A program made the translations under genes and the position numbers. Source: Piromyces finnis finn (taxonomy: Eukaryota > Fungi > Neocallimastigomycota). From it: a stretch of 64,000 nucleotides of DNA. The notes below the pieces were generated by a model. The model ran no database searches. It was not told the origin of the DNA and worked only from the letters and a program-made list of their open reading frames with translations. Location: NCBI GenBank assembly GCA_002104945.1, contig MCFH01000034.1, positions 372,001 to 436,000 of the forward strand. Reading direction: 5' to 3'. Positions 46,770 to 60,724 of this stretch are shown piece by piece. The number at the start of each line of letters is the position of its first letter. Position 1 is the first letter of the stretch.

Positions 46770-48981
46770 CTATTCATAAAAAAATGAATTTAAAAAAAAA
46801 TTAGTTTCAGTATTAATAACTCTATTATTTTTTATTTCCTCAAGATAAGTTTCTTCCAATTCATTTATGATGGGTTGACAATCAATTAATTGTTCTTTTT
46901 GCCATTGAATCATGATTTTATGTAATGTGGGTAAAACAACATAGATTAATAAAATTTCAAGGTATAAATATTCATTACAAAATATAGGATGATCTGGATC
47001 ATCATCATTTTCCTATAAATATCAAAAAAAAAAAAAAAAAAAAAAAAAAGATGAAAATATTAAAAGTATTAATAATTTTATCCATGATTTTTTTTTTATT
47101 TTAATTTTATTATTTATATTTCTATTTCTTTATTTTAAATATCATACTTAAAAAAAAAATAACACTTACATTATCAACAATGATATTTATTTCTTGTTTC
47201 ATATTCATAACATGTTTATAAAGTTGTGAACCTTTAATTTCTTTATATAATTCCTTAATAGCTTCTACAAAATCTTTTCGTAAAGGGTGTGGATGAGTAT
47301 AATTACCAGCTAAATAAGATGGCATAAAAATAGAACGAGATAATTTACGTTGTATTGTATTAATTTCATGAATTGTTTGAATAAGTGTTGATTTTAAAAG
47401 GGAAAAAACATTATCTATTTTATCGGAATGATTTATTAATTCATCTTGTAAATTAGATATAATATCATTAAATAAATCTTCTAAAGGTTTTTTATAATAA
47501 TAATATGAAATAAGTGCATTTTTCATTAATTGTAATGGATTTTTTACTACACAATAACCTCTAAAATTCATAAAAGAAAATTTAAAAAATAAAAATTAAA
47601 TAAAATTTAATAATTAAATTTTTAACACTTTTCTTTAATAAATTTTTTAAACTATTGTAAATTTTTAGTACCTTGACATTCCTGTTTCATTATCTGTTGT
47701 ATTTAAAGCATCCCATAATAAATCTACTGAAACCCAATAGAGTGGGTCTATATATATTATTAAAAATAGAGGGTTACTTAACTCTTTATTTTTTTTAGTT
47801 GATATTTCTTTTATTTAATATGACTATTTACATTTATGTCTAGCTACATCTAGTAATAATACCATTCTTCTCTTTTTATTGTAACCCTAAATATTTTTTT
47901 TTAAAATAAAAAAAAAAAAAAAAAAAATTAATATCTAGCTTTTAACATTATAGCGAGATAAATTTATATTAATTATATAATTAAAAATGATAATATAATA
48001 TAAATCTTCTCAAGGCAGAAATAAAATTATAAAGATAATGATAAAGCAATAAAATATAGGGTTTATTAACAAATAATAATATTCAATTGAATTTAAAGGT
48101 ACTTACCCCTAATGGACAAATATGACCTTCACCTGATTGTTTTATTATATTTCTTGCAAAATTAAGTGACATTACTTCACGAGTTTGTTTTGATATATGT
48201 TCAATTTCTTTAATGAATTCTTCTTTTGATATATCATTTGAACGACAAAGTTTTACCTCTTCTAAATAATTATATTTTGCTATATCTGAAAATTGTTCCA
48301 AGGTAATACCTTGTATATCAATCAAATCTCTATCAATGTGTGGTGGACATCTTATAGTATCCTCTGAGAAAAACCGCCATTTTTTATTCCATGGGGTCAT
48401 TGGGTCAACTTCAAGAGCATTTAATATCTATATTATAAATAAGGGAGGGAAAGAGTATAATTGTTATTGTTATTATTTTATATTAATTATTTTTATAGTT
48501 TAATTAATAATATTGACCATGCATAAGGAGGATAAACCACAATATGTTAATTTAGATTGGCTGTTATGAAATAATAATCAACAGATTTTTATACAATAAT
48601 TATAAAATATAATGTATAATTAATTTTTAATATTTTATTCAAAATTATTATAATAATGTTGAATTGCATATCATATTATATATGTGTATAGGTATTTTTT
48701 TTTTTTTTTTAATAATGAAATTTAAATTTGATAAATGAAATTTCAATTTACGTTAAAAGATGAATACTAAACATGAAATAGCATTCTAAATTTTTTTCCT
48801 TTAAAGCTTCAGAAAAAATAACTTTTCCTTCTTCCGAATGAAATGGGATACATGTGTTTGGTAATTGTCTTTTGTATAACGATTGTCGATTATTTAAATT
48901 AATAAATGTATGAAATTGAATTTTTTGGAATTTCGAATTTTGAGATCCTGATTTGAAATTTGCTTTTTTTTGAATAGGCAT
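46770..48981 (-). CDS. PCS1: Phytochelatin synthase (glutathione gamma-glutamylcysteinyltransferase, papain-like fold)
   Basis: The spliced product aligns by eye with plant/S. pombe PCS: SLYKRQLP...FHSEEGKVIFSEAL; TQSKLTYCGLSSLCMILNALEVDP (catalytic Cys and oxyanion Gln); WRFFSED; GEGHICPLGGYN (His); [37 protein letters not shown] (Asp). The exact start and stop are less certain. Confidence 0.92.
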
Positions 48982-50999
48982 TATTAATAAAAAATTTTTC
49001 AACTTTCTTATAATTTTAATAATTCTACAGTTACTATTATTTTTTTTTACAAGTGCTTTTAAAGTTATTTTATATATATATTATTTTAATTTATTATTTA
49101 TTTCAAAAAAAAAAAAAAAAACTAGATTTCAATTTTTTTAAAATTTCTCATAAAAAAATAAAAAAAATATTTTAAGTTACTAATAATTAAATTTTTAAAA
49201 GATAAAAATAATTTTAACAATTAATAATAAATATTATTGAAAGAAAAAAAAAAAAATCAAAGCCAATTTCTATAAATCAAAAAGACTTTTATATCTTTTA
49301 TTATTATTATTTTTTCTTCCGTCTCCTCTTTTTTTTCTTACTGTTATTATTATATTTTTATTTTTGTTTTTATCATTATTTTCAGTATTCCAATGTTACT
49401 TTCAATAAAATATGAGGTCTATTAAAACAATGAATTATGACAAATTAAAATTAGTTTTCGTTTTTTGTAATACACTCATTTCCAAATAAATATTTTAAAT
49501 ACCTTAATAAATTTGACCTGGGACTTGGACAGAAATAAAAATATTATTATTACAATATTATTTTTTCAGCTTTTATATGTTTTATTAATTGATGCAAATT
49601 CTTTAGATTTTTTTCTGTTATCCCTAAGAGCCAAATCCATCATAATAAATAAAGTTGGGATAATACAAATATTTTAATTATAGTATTAAAGTTTCACAAA
49701 AAAACTAATGTACTAAAAGACTTGTCCTTTAGTGATTGTAAAAAAAGATATAGATACACATTAATTATTAAAGTGAAAAGAAAATGTTGGTTGTAAAAAT
49801 ATATGTATAATAAATTATTTTTTCTATATGGAAAATTAATTCAAAAACGGGAAACTCGTATAAGAGCTGTATTATTTTTAATGAAATACATTTTGAGTTG
49901 ATATTTGAAATTAAGTGTTTTAATAAAATTGATAAATAAAATTAAGCTCAGATAAAGTTTAGATTATACAATATTTTTTCTGAATTATCGTTTAGCTACA
50001 ATGCTATAAATAATGAAAAAGAAGGTTTAGTATCTATAAAGCTTATTTACAATCTTTAGGATATTTAGTAGTGAAAAAACACTATCGTCTTTTAATACTT
50101 TCAAAGTATTGATTTATTTTCATCTTCATTTTCAATTTCTATTATCTTTTATTAGTGAATTAACTAAGGAAAAAAAAAAAGTATATTATTTGACATATAA
50201 TTAATTATGATATCTCATATTCTAAAGGTATATTATTATTCAATTATTTCATTTAAGATTATTAATCAAAAGATTAATTAAAACTTTTACATAATGATAT
50301 GAAAAAAAGTATTAGTATTTTATTATATAAAATAATAATAAATTAATAATAAAAAGATGTAAAAATAACTTTTTGTGATTCATATATTTTTATACATTTG
50401 TAAAGATAATCATTAATTTTAACATTCTATATCCTATTTTTCATATATATACATATTCATCTTTTCAATTGTTTTATAATATACATAATATAAAGTTTAA
50501 TTAAATGCAACAAGAATAGCATTAAGCATTATATAGGTTTATAAGATTAAAAAAAAAAAAAAAAAAAAATTAGAAAATCCATACTTTTAGTAATTAATAC
50601 ATAAAATATTTTTTTTTGTGATATATTTATTATTGGTAGATGGCATTGGTGAAATATACCTTATTATTTGTATTTTCATAAATTAGCATGTTTTTTATAG
50701 GGTTAAATTAGTTTTTTCTTTTAACATTTACTCTAAAACACAATTCAAACTAGCCTATGATATTGATATTTTTTTTTTAAAAAAAAGAGTTAATGATGTT
50801 TTTAATAAAGGTAAACTATTTTTTTTTAACTACCAATTCCATTTTTCATTTTTTCTATTTATTAGAGTAAACCTAAAAGGTTAATTATTGTTTGCTAACA
50901 TTAGAATTGATATTATGAATTCAAATAATATATTTTACATTTTACAATTTATATTTTTTATTTTTATACTTTATATAGCTACCACCATCATTCTATATC

Positions 51000-51180
51000 T
51001 ACAACAAGTCCAATTCCTAAAATAACTACAATTATAGCATCATATATAGCAGATTAATTCAACGCAATAAACTACTTGTAGCTACCGAAATTAAATATAA
51101 TTATAGAACTTATATAAGTTGTCAAGGGGTTATCGGTTTGAAATACTAAACTTTTTTCCTTTTATCTATTTATTTGTCTT
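51000..51180 (-). mobile_element. Heavily decayed Ty3/gypsy pol fragment (RNase H C-terminus)
   Basis: The minus strand reads IKGKSLVFQTDNPL...LR*INLL(frameshift)YDAIIVVILGIGLVVD. This echoes the gypsy consensus GxkFxxxTDHxxL...RWxxxLxxYDFxIVYRPGxxNVVAD with about the right spacing. It contains stops and a frameshift, and no LTRs were found. Confidence 0.35.
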
Positions 51181-53145
51181 ATTTAGTTTTCCTTATCATT
51201 ACCCACCAGGCATAAAGTTTTTATTTTAAGGCTATCTTTCTATTATTTAAATTATTTCATCAAAAATCAAAAAGAATTCTTTTTTTTTTTAATTAATTTT
51301 TTGTGTAACTTTTTTATTTTGTGTATCGTTTTATTTCATCTTCAAATAAAAGAATCAAAAGTAGAAAAGAAATTTCATTCATTTTAAAAAACAAAATAAA
51401 ATATAGTGTATTTACTTTTCATTGCATATTCTCTTTTTACTCTCAACCGTTTTTTTTATTTTATTAAACATAACAATAATTTAATTATTTTCACTCTATT
51501 ATTTGTAATATCCAAAAAATTAATATTTATACATAGTGGCTATAGAAATGGGTTGTATAATTGCTATTATATATATTCTACATATTTCTATTTTATTATG
51601 GTCTATTCATTCATTGATATTAAAAACTATAAATAATCTTTTCGTTTGTTTGTTTTTTTTTTTTTTTTTCCATTTTTTAATCATTCTTTATTAGTTAATG
51701 TTTTATAAATAGTAGTCCATTAATTTATAAAAAAAGGATATTGTGAATTAACATTAATTCATATGATTTATGAATGATTAATATGCAAATTAAACATAAA
51801 TCTATATGCAACTGTATTTATTATTAATACATGTTTTGTAATATTAATGGATGATCAATTAAATTATTAAATCAATTATATCATATATAATGATATATAA
51901 TATAATATATTGATCGGTATTGAATTAATTAAAAATAAATCATCCATTAATTCATAATTAATTTGATTCAACTGAATTAATAGCCTATTTATAGTCAAAT
52001 TACATTGATTCATATAGTTTATATTCTATTGTAATAAATGATAAAATATATTATCCATATATTATCAATATTAATTTATGTTTTAAATAAAAAGTGGAAG
52101 CTTTATATAAAACCATTTTTTTTTGTAGAGGTTGCTTTGTAAAGGAAAAGGAAAAAGACGGGCGTTTGAGGTTGAAAAAAGAATATTTTTTTTTATTATT
52201 TTATTATTGAATGTAGGATTTTTTTTCATAAGGCATGATGTGTATTTATTATTATTTGATATTTTATCAATTCATTTTGATTCCAGTTCAAAAAAAGTTT
52301 AATAGATAAAATGTATTATGATTCAATGTAGAATGATATTTGTGTGTGTGATATTGCATTATTGCATTATAGAAATGTTTCCTATTCCCATTAATGTTAT
52401 AAACAAATTCTTCCCTAATTCTCATTTGCTCTTATTTAGTTTTTAGCCTACTAATTCATCATCCATTATAAAGTTTATCTTTAATTTATATAAGAATAAT
52501 TATAAAATAAAATTTAGTTTAATTATAATTATAATAATAATTTAAAATAATTTATATAATAAATAATAATTTATATACATATATATATACCATAAAATTT
52601 TTTTTTTTTACCAAAAAAAATATTATTTTATTTTATTTATTTTTTTTTATTATTATTTAAATAAAATCTCTTTTAGAAAATAAAAATAAAAAAAGAGTTT
52701 AAAGGAAATCAAATTAAAGAAATAAAATAAAAGAAAAAGAAATAATAGAAAAAACAAACAAACAAAAAAAGAAAATATTAATAATTAAAAAAAAAAAAAA
52801 AAAAAAAAAAAGAAATTAAATAATAAAATATAAATATAAAAAGTAAATATTTATTTTTCTTTTTTTAATTATCTTGTATAAATAACATTAAGCAAAAAAA
52901 AAAAAAACTTGAAAGAAATAGTATTGGATTAAATAAAATAAAATATAGAATATAGAATAGTATATATCTATTGTTTTAAAAAGATAAAATAAATTTTAAA
53001 AAACATATAAATCAAAAAAAAAAAAAACATACTAATTTTAATCTATTTTTATTTCTTATATTTCTTCGATGATTTGAAATTCAAACCCTCATTATTTATA
53101 AATAATAAACGAAAAAAATGAAAATTTATTGGAAATTGAAAACAG

Positions 53146-55070
53146 ATGCATACCTCAATATTCAAGACTATTTTATCTGTTTCAGCAATTTCACTTTTTT
53201 CCGGAAAAGCTTATGCTGATGCTTCATACAACTTAAAGAGTCACTCACTTACTGCACCATATATAAGTAATTGTCATTAAACAATATAAAAATAAATATT
53301 AAATAATATTATCATGGATAGTAGAGAGAAAAAAAATATATATTTGATAAATAATAAAGAATTATTTAAAATGAATAAAGTAATATTTAAATTCCTAAAA
53401 ATATTATGGAATAAATAAATAAATAAACAAACAGACTAAAAAAAACTCTCGGTTATAAAAAACATATATTACAATAATTATATATAAATAAAAATATTAT
53501 ATAAAATACTTATTAACAAACCACTTTTTATATTTAATAAATTTATAATAAAGCTGATGGTTTATACAACAGGTAATGTTTATTTATTATTATAGTAAAA
53601 GCGATTGATTAGAATCAAAAAAAATAATTTATTTAGTTGCATAAAATAAAAATACTGAAAGTTTATGATTTTTTTTTTTTTGAAATATATAATAAAAGAT
53701 GGTGGGATTTTGGTGGTTCTACTGTTGTAGAAGTCAATAAATTCATCCGTTTAACCTCAAACCAAAACTCACAACAAGGTTGGTTATGGAGTAGAGCCCC
53801 ACTTACTGCTCAAAACTGGGAAGTCGAATTTGAATTCAGAGTAAGTATTTTATTTTTAAGAAAATTTCTTTTAAAATTAATGAATTTAATTTTATTCTAA
53901 TTGTTGATTAAATTTTTTTAAAAAATTACATTAGGTTGGTGAAATTAATGGAAAGGATCATCTCTTTGGTGATGGTTTTGCTTTCTTCTATACCGTTGAT
54001 AGAGCCACTCTTGGTCCAGTTTTCGGTAGCAAGGACAATTTTAATGGTTTAGGTGTTTTCTTTGGTAACTATTATATACTATTAAAAAAAATTAGATATC
54101 AAATTCAAATGATTAGGGTAGTATAATTAATAAATCAATCATTTAATTTTTTTTTTAAAAGATACTTATCCAAACTCCAGACATAAGTACTCTTTCCCAA
54201 GAGTTATGCCAATGATTGGTGATGGTAAAACTCCTGTAAGTATTCGTTTTAATTCGAATAAAAATAAAAGATAGATTAATAACATATCATGGTATTCTTT
54301 ATGATAAATAGTACGATAGTGATCATGATGGTGAAGCTAACAATATGATGCTCGGTTGTTCTGCTGATTTCGTATGTTTATTTTTATAAAAAAAAATAAA
54401 ATTTAATATAGATAATTAATACTGAATTATAAATTTTATTTATTATAATAGCGTGATAAAAGATACCCAACCAAGGCTGTTGTTAGATACAAGAAAGGAG
54501 AATATGTTGAAGTAAGTTTATTTCAATATTTTAATATTTTTCTAATGAATACTATTAAAAATTCTAAATGAAAAAAAATATTTTTTTCTCATTTATAATA
54601 TTATAATAGGTTTTATTAAAGATTAGAAATGATGAAACATGGCATCCATGCTTTACTGTTCAAAATGTTACTTTACCAAATATCGGTTACATTGGTTTTA
54701 CTTCTCATACTGGTGATGCTTACGATATTCATGATATTATTTCTGTTGAAACAAAGGGATTCATTATTGTAAGTTGTCGTTTATTTGATCTACCTATATT
54801 ATAAAAAGTAATTAAAGAGTATTGTTAATAATAAATTATTTATAAAATCATTATATATATTAGCCAAGTAAAAAGGCTAAGAAGAATCACGGTCCACCAG
54901 AAGGCAAGGGTCATCACGGTATCCATGATCAATACAATAATCAAGAAGAAACTGGTCGTGGTTTCTTATTCTGGTTAATTGCTATTAGTGCTGTTCTTGG
55001 TATCGGTTATGTTGTTTACAATAAAAAGTTCAAGAACGACAGTAGAAAGGATACTACCAAATTATTCTAA
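53146..55070 (+). CDS. L-type (legume-like) lectin cargo receptor, VIP36/LMAN2/Emp46-47 family
   Basis: Signal peptide MHTSIFKTILSVSAISLFSGKAYA; SHSLTAPYI; RWWDFGGST; IRLT; GWLWSR; WEVEFEFRV; LFGDGFAF; GPVFG; GLGVFFDTYPN; YDSDHDG; YIGFTSHTG; HDIISV. A C-terminal TM is followed by the tail RKDTTKLF*. Confidence 0.92.
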
Positions 55071-56525
55071 AAAAAATATTGATAAAATATAATCATAACA
55101 ATAAAATATACATACATTAAAAATTAAGTTATTCAAGTAAAAAAAAAAAAAAAAAAAAAAAGAAATATATATATATAAAGCAATACAAAAATACTTTTTA
55201 AATCTAATAATAATATTTTTTTTTTATAACAAGATTACCTAGAATGATTAATTAAATATTAATTCTTTTTATAAAAAATATTAAGTAATTTTCATAAATT
55301 TTATATATAAAAACAACTCAAATATTTAATACTATAAAAAAGTTTTAAGATTTTTTTATATCTTTACTTTTAAAAGTCAAAATTATAAATTAATAAAAAA
55401 AAATATAAAAAAAATATCAACATATTTTGTGAGTGTGAGTGTATGGGTTAATATAAGATAAATTAAATTATTAAACTTTGCATTTTTCTCTTATTGGTAT
55501 TGTTTTTGATAATTTGTAAAAGAAATGGAATTCTTTTTTTTTTTTTGAATTACTTAGACCTTAATCCAATTTTTCCATTATTATTTTCTGATAATTCTTT
55601 TTTTTTGAATTGAATTGCTTATTCCAATATTTCAATTAGTTATAAAATGTATCATAAATGTACAAATCATAATAATGTATACATAAACTAAAATTTATTT
55701 TATATTTTTACCAATTTATTATTTACCTTTGTTAAACCTTTTTTTATTTTTTTCTTATTTATTTTAATTAATAAAATAAAGCTATAAAAATAAAAAATAA
55801 AATTGAATAAAATAAACAAGAAAGAAAAAAGCGTAAAAAAAAAAAAAAAAAAAAAAAACAATAACAACAACAACCCAAAAAACAAACGAAAAAAAAATAA
55901 AAAATAAAAAAAAAAAAAACAAGATAATTTTTATATAAAACCAAAATAAAGGAATAAGATAAAAAAAAAAAACTTTAAATAAATAAATATATATATATAT
56001 ATAAAAGAGGTCTTTTTTTTTTTTTCTTTTTTACAAGTAGCAATTAAATATTAAATAAAAAGGTAAATAAATTATTAAAACAAGTGTATTACTATTAATA
56101 TCCCTCTATTTCTACAAAGTATTGTTTATTATAATATGTAACATTGAAAGAAATGAAATAATTCTTCGAAATAATTGTTTATTTTTTCTTTTTACAAAGA
56201 ATGTTAAAAATAATGTGTATATATATATATAGGAAATATATACTAACTAGTCATTTTTTTTATTTTTCTAAAATTTTATTAATATTATATATAATGGTTT
56301 ACCAATTCTCCAATTAATTTTTATATAAAAAATTTATATTCCCATATCAATATTAATATCAATAACAATTTTTTTATAATATATCTATAATAATCTTTAT
56401 ATATATTAATACAAAACAGTTATTTCAGATAAATATTTATATTTTTTTATTCTTAGTTTCTATTATTTCCTTTCACTCCTCTCTCCTTTTTTTTTTTATA
56501 TTTAAAATAAAAAGATAATATATAA

Positions 56526-57741
56526 ATGAATAACCAATTTAACCAACAATGGCAACAGCCACAGACTTTTATTCATTCTCCACAACCTCATAGAATGCAA
56601 ACCAATAGCTATGATCCATATCAACAACAACAACAATCAGGAATGAATCAATCCTTCCAACAACAACAACCACAACAACAATCACAACAACAAACAATGA
56701 ATAACGGTTATTTCCAAGTACCAAACCCACAAAACATGCAATTCCAACAAAATAATAACAACAATAATTTCATGGGTGGTAATCAAGGTTTTAATCAACA
56801 ACAACAACAAAATCAAGAACATAAACCATTCCAAAATTTCCTTGGCAATAACTTTTTAAATGATCCAACTACTCAACTTGGTTTCCAACTCGGTCAAAAA
56901 GCTTTTGAATCAGGTGCTGAAATGGTTAATCAAAATGTAAGATGGATTGTCAATTTTAATTAATTTTCTAATTCAATAAATTAAATAAACAATAATAATA
57001 GTAAAAAAAAAAAAAAAAAAAAAAAAAACCCATTAATATATTTATGATAGTATTAGAAAACAAAACAATATAACATTCAAATGTTTTATTTTTATAATGC
57101 ATGTTGAAAATTAATAATTTGGTAATTTTTTTTTATTTATTTATTAAATTATTAATAGATAAATCGTTGGTTTAATTCAACAGCTTTAAAGAAATATTTT
57201 GATGTCACAAACTCATTTGTATTTAAAAAAATTGGTCTTGTATTATTCCCATTCCGTCATAAGGTTATTATTATAAAGTAGTCTCATTATTATTTAAAAA
57301 TATATAAATATATAATAATAATAACTCGTAATTATCAAATTATCATTACTTACTTTAACATATTATTAAAAATATTGACTTGACAATTAGTCTTGGGCTA
57401 GAATTGGAAGACGTAATGAACAAACTGGTAAAATGGAATACAATTCACCAAGAGAAGATATTAATTCACCAGATTTATATATTCCATGTAAATATTAAAA
57501 AGAATATATTTATATATATCTTGGTATTATATATAAATGATGTTTTTATAATAATCTATATTAATTGTATTAATTGTATTAAACCCTTATTGTATTCTAT
57601 ATCAATTTAAAATAGTAATGTCATGTGTTACCTATGTTATATTATATGCTATTTCAACTTTACTTTCAAATGAACAAAGCAAAGAAAAAAAACAGTAAGT
57701 CATCCTTTTAATAATATAATTTTCAAAAAGAAAGAATTTAG

Positions 57742-57782
<41 letters not shown>

Positions 57783-58513
57783 GAATTAGCAATCATATTT
57801 TTAAAAATTTAAATGTTTTTTTTTTCTCCATAAAATGAATTTTTAAAAATATTATATAGATTCGATCCAGAACTTCTTGGAATAACAACCTTGAAGCTTT
57901 TTTCTTTATTAGTTGGTGAAGTTTTATTCATGAAATTAATATGTTACTTAATGAGTATTTCAGCAGATGTTGCTTTCTTTGATCTTATTTCATATTCTGG
58001 TTATAAATTTATTGGGTAAATATAAATAATTTCCTTATTACTCTAGAAAGCTTTATAAAAAATTATACAGTCAATTTTTTTTAATATTCTTATTCATATA
58101 TATTAATCAATTTTATATAGTATTATCGTTGTTTTAATAGTAAAAAATGGTTTAAAATCAAAATTCCTCACCTACTTGGTATATACTTATGTTAGTTTAG
58201 CTCTTGGATTCTTTATGGTAATTTTTTTTTTACTATATTATTTATTTTATTTAATTTTTAAAAATAGTATGAAAATCCTTTTTTTGAAATTTTTTTCATG
58301 TTTAAAATAAAGAATATATACATGACCATGAGTTAAAAACTAATCTAATTAAATTCAATCTTTATATTATATATATATTAGTTGAGATCAATGAAATATT
58401 TTGTTTTAACAGATCAAACCTTATCAGCAAATTCTCAACGTAGAAATAAAATACATTTCCTTTTCTTTATTGCAATAATGGAAATTGTTATTTCATGGTT
58501 CTTAATTGTTTAA
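56526..58513 (+). CDS. YIF1: YIF1 (Yip1-interacting factor), ER-Golgi transport membrane protein
   Basis: Q/N-rich N-terminus, then LKKYFDVTNSFVFKKIGLVLFPFRHKSW, PREDINSPDLYIP, RFDPELLG, DLISYSGYKF, LGFFMLRSMKYFVL; ends WFLIV*. Confidence 0.92.
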
Positions 58514-59904
58514 TTTGATTTCAAATTTCAAATAATTATTAATAGATAGAATAGCAAATAAGCAAATAAATATAAATAATAAAAATAAAAATAAAAATAA
58601 AATAAAAAATTAAAAAAAAAAAAAAAAGAATAAAAAAATAATTCTGTTTTAAAATTTCTGTATTAAATAATAATAAATTTGTAATACAAAATACTAATAA
58701 TAACAACAACAACAACAACAATAATAATAATAGTATAAAATAAGTAAATAAACAAATAAATAATAATTTTATAAAAAAAAAAGTTATTTACATTGAATCA
58801 TACGATTTATAAATGAAGCGTTTGTTGGTAGTAGTGATTTATAAAATAAACAATTTTATGAAATCTAAAGTGGTAAACTATCTTTTGATAAAACCGCTGT
58901 AGGTTAAAGCAGGGTAAATTTATCCAAAGGATAATGTATAAATATATGTTAATCCTATGACAAATGCATGACATTTCACCAAATAGTTAATTAGCAAATA
59001 TTTTTTATTATATTAATTTAATTTAATTTTTCTATATGAAAAAACTTTAGTATTAAACTTTAATTATTATTAAAATAATTATTTTTATAAAGTTTAATAT
59101 TTTTTAAAAGGAAAAAAAAAAACCAAAGTATAAAAAAAAAAATAAGGAAAGGAAGGGATTTTTTTTAAAAAAAAAAAACTTTTTTCTTTGAAATGACTAT
59201 TTTATAATAATAAAATAATGCTTTAATTATTAAAAAAACAAAAACAAAAAATTACTTTTTGAAATATTTAAAATAATGAATCTAAAAAAAAAATAAAAAA
59301 AAAGAGAGAGAAAATATATAAAATTGAATTTCATTTTTGGAATAAATCATTATTGTTAAATATCCTAAAAAAAAAAAAAAAAACTATTTCTATAGATATA
59401 TAACTATATTCATAAATAAATTATAGAAGTTATCTATGTATATATAATATATACATACATACAATTAAATAATATCAAAGTAATTAATAATAAAAACAAC
59501 AACAATAATAATAGAAAATATTTCATAGTTATAATCCAAATTTCAAATAATATACAATATAATAAGAATTTAAAGAACAAACGAATACTAAAATATACAG
59601 TATAATTGTTGTGTAATTTTTTTTTTCTTTTTTTTTTTAATTCAAAATATATTGTTTTAATTGGTTTTCTATATTTTTAATCTTTGAAAGTAAAATTATA
59701 TATATATAAAAAAAAATAAAATATATAACTGCGCTTTTATCAAAAGATTATTCTTTTTATACCAAAAAAAAAAATAAAGTTATATATATATATATAAATT
59801 AAAACATATATATTTTTAAAAACAAAAACAGAGCAAAAAAAAAGAGGTTTATAGATTTCAAAATCAAACTATATATACATATACCTTACTATTTTTAAAG
59901 TAAA

Positions 59905-60688
59905 ATGTATAAAACTGTAATATTTCATATTGGAAGATTATTTTGTTTCTCAATGGCTGCACCTTCACCATTTGTTTATTTAAATTCTTTTATTAATTCT
60001 AATCATACCTATTCTAGTCAAGGAAGTCGTTCAAATTCAATACCTCGAATGGCTTATATTCCATTTGCTATGAAACTTGCAACTTTAGCCTATGCTTGTA
60101 GTTCTTGGACAAAAGCTTCACTTATACTACAACAACAATTTCAAATTGTCACCACAAAAAGTATTCTTACCGAAAATGAAAAGAAATTAATTTCAGGACT
60201 TCATATTTCTGTCACCTATATTTTATTACGCCTTTTTCATCAAAAAGTACTCTTTATATATATATATTTAGAATTTAAATTGTATTTTTATTTTCATAGA
60301 TTTAGGATTAAGAATAAAATATATTAATTTAATAATAATAATCATTATATATTGTTTATAAACAAAATTTATTTATCAATATTTTTTTCTTTTAAATATA
60401 TATATTTAATTTAATTTATATTGTCGCACACACACACACACACACATTTAGAGTACAGTTATTAATTTAAAAAAAGGTGGAAGATTCGAAAAATTAAATC
60501 TTTTTTCATCTAAATTATTAATTCCTTTAGTCATTGGACTTATTATATGTACCATTATTGAAGAATCGACTTTAATGATTCTTTTACAAATTACTTCTGG
60601 TTCCAGAAGAGTTTATTCTATTTCAGGTAAAAATGCCATTAAAGCAGCTGGTTTCAGAGATGATGTTGCTAATAATTCTAAAAGTAAG

Positions 60689-60724
<36 letters not shown>

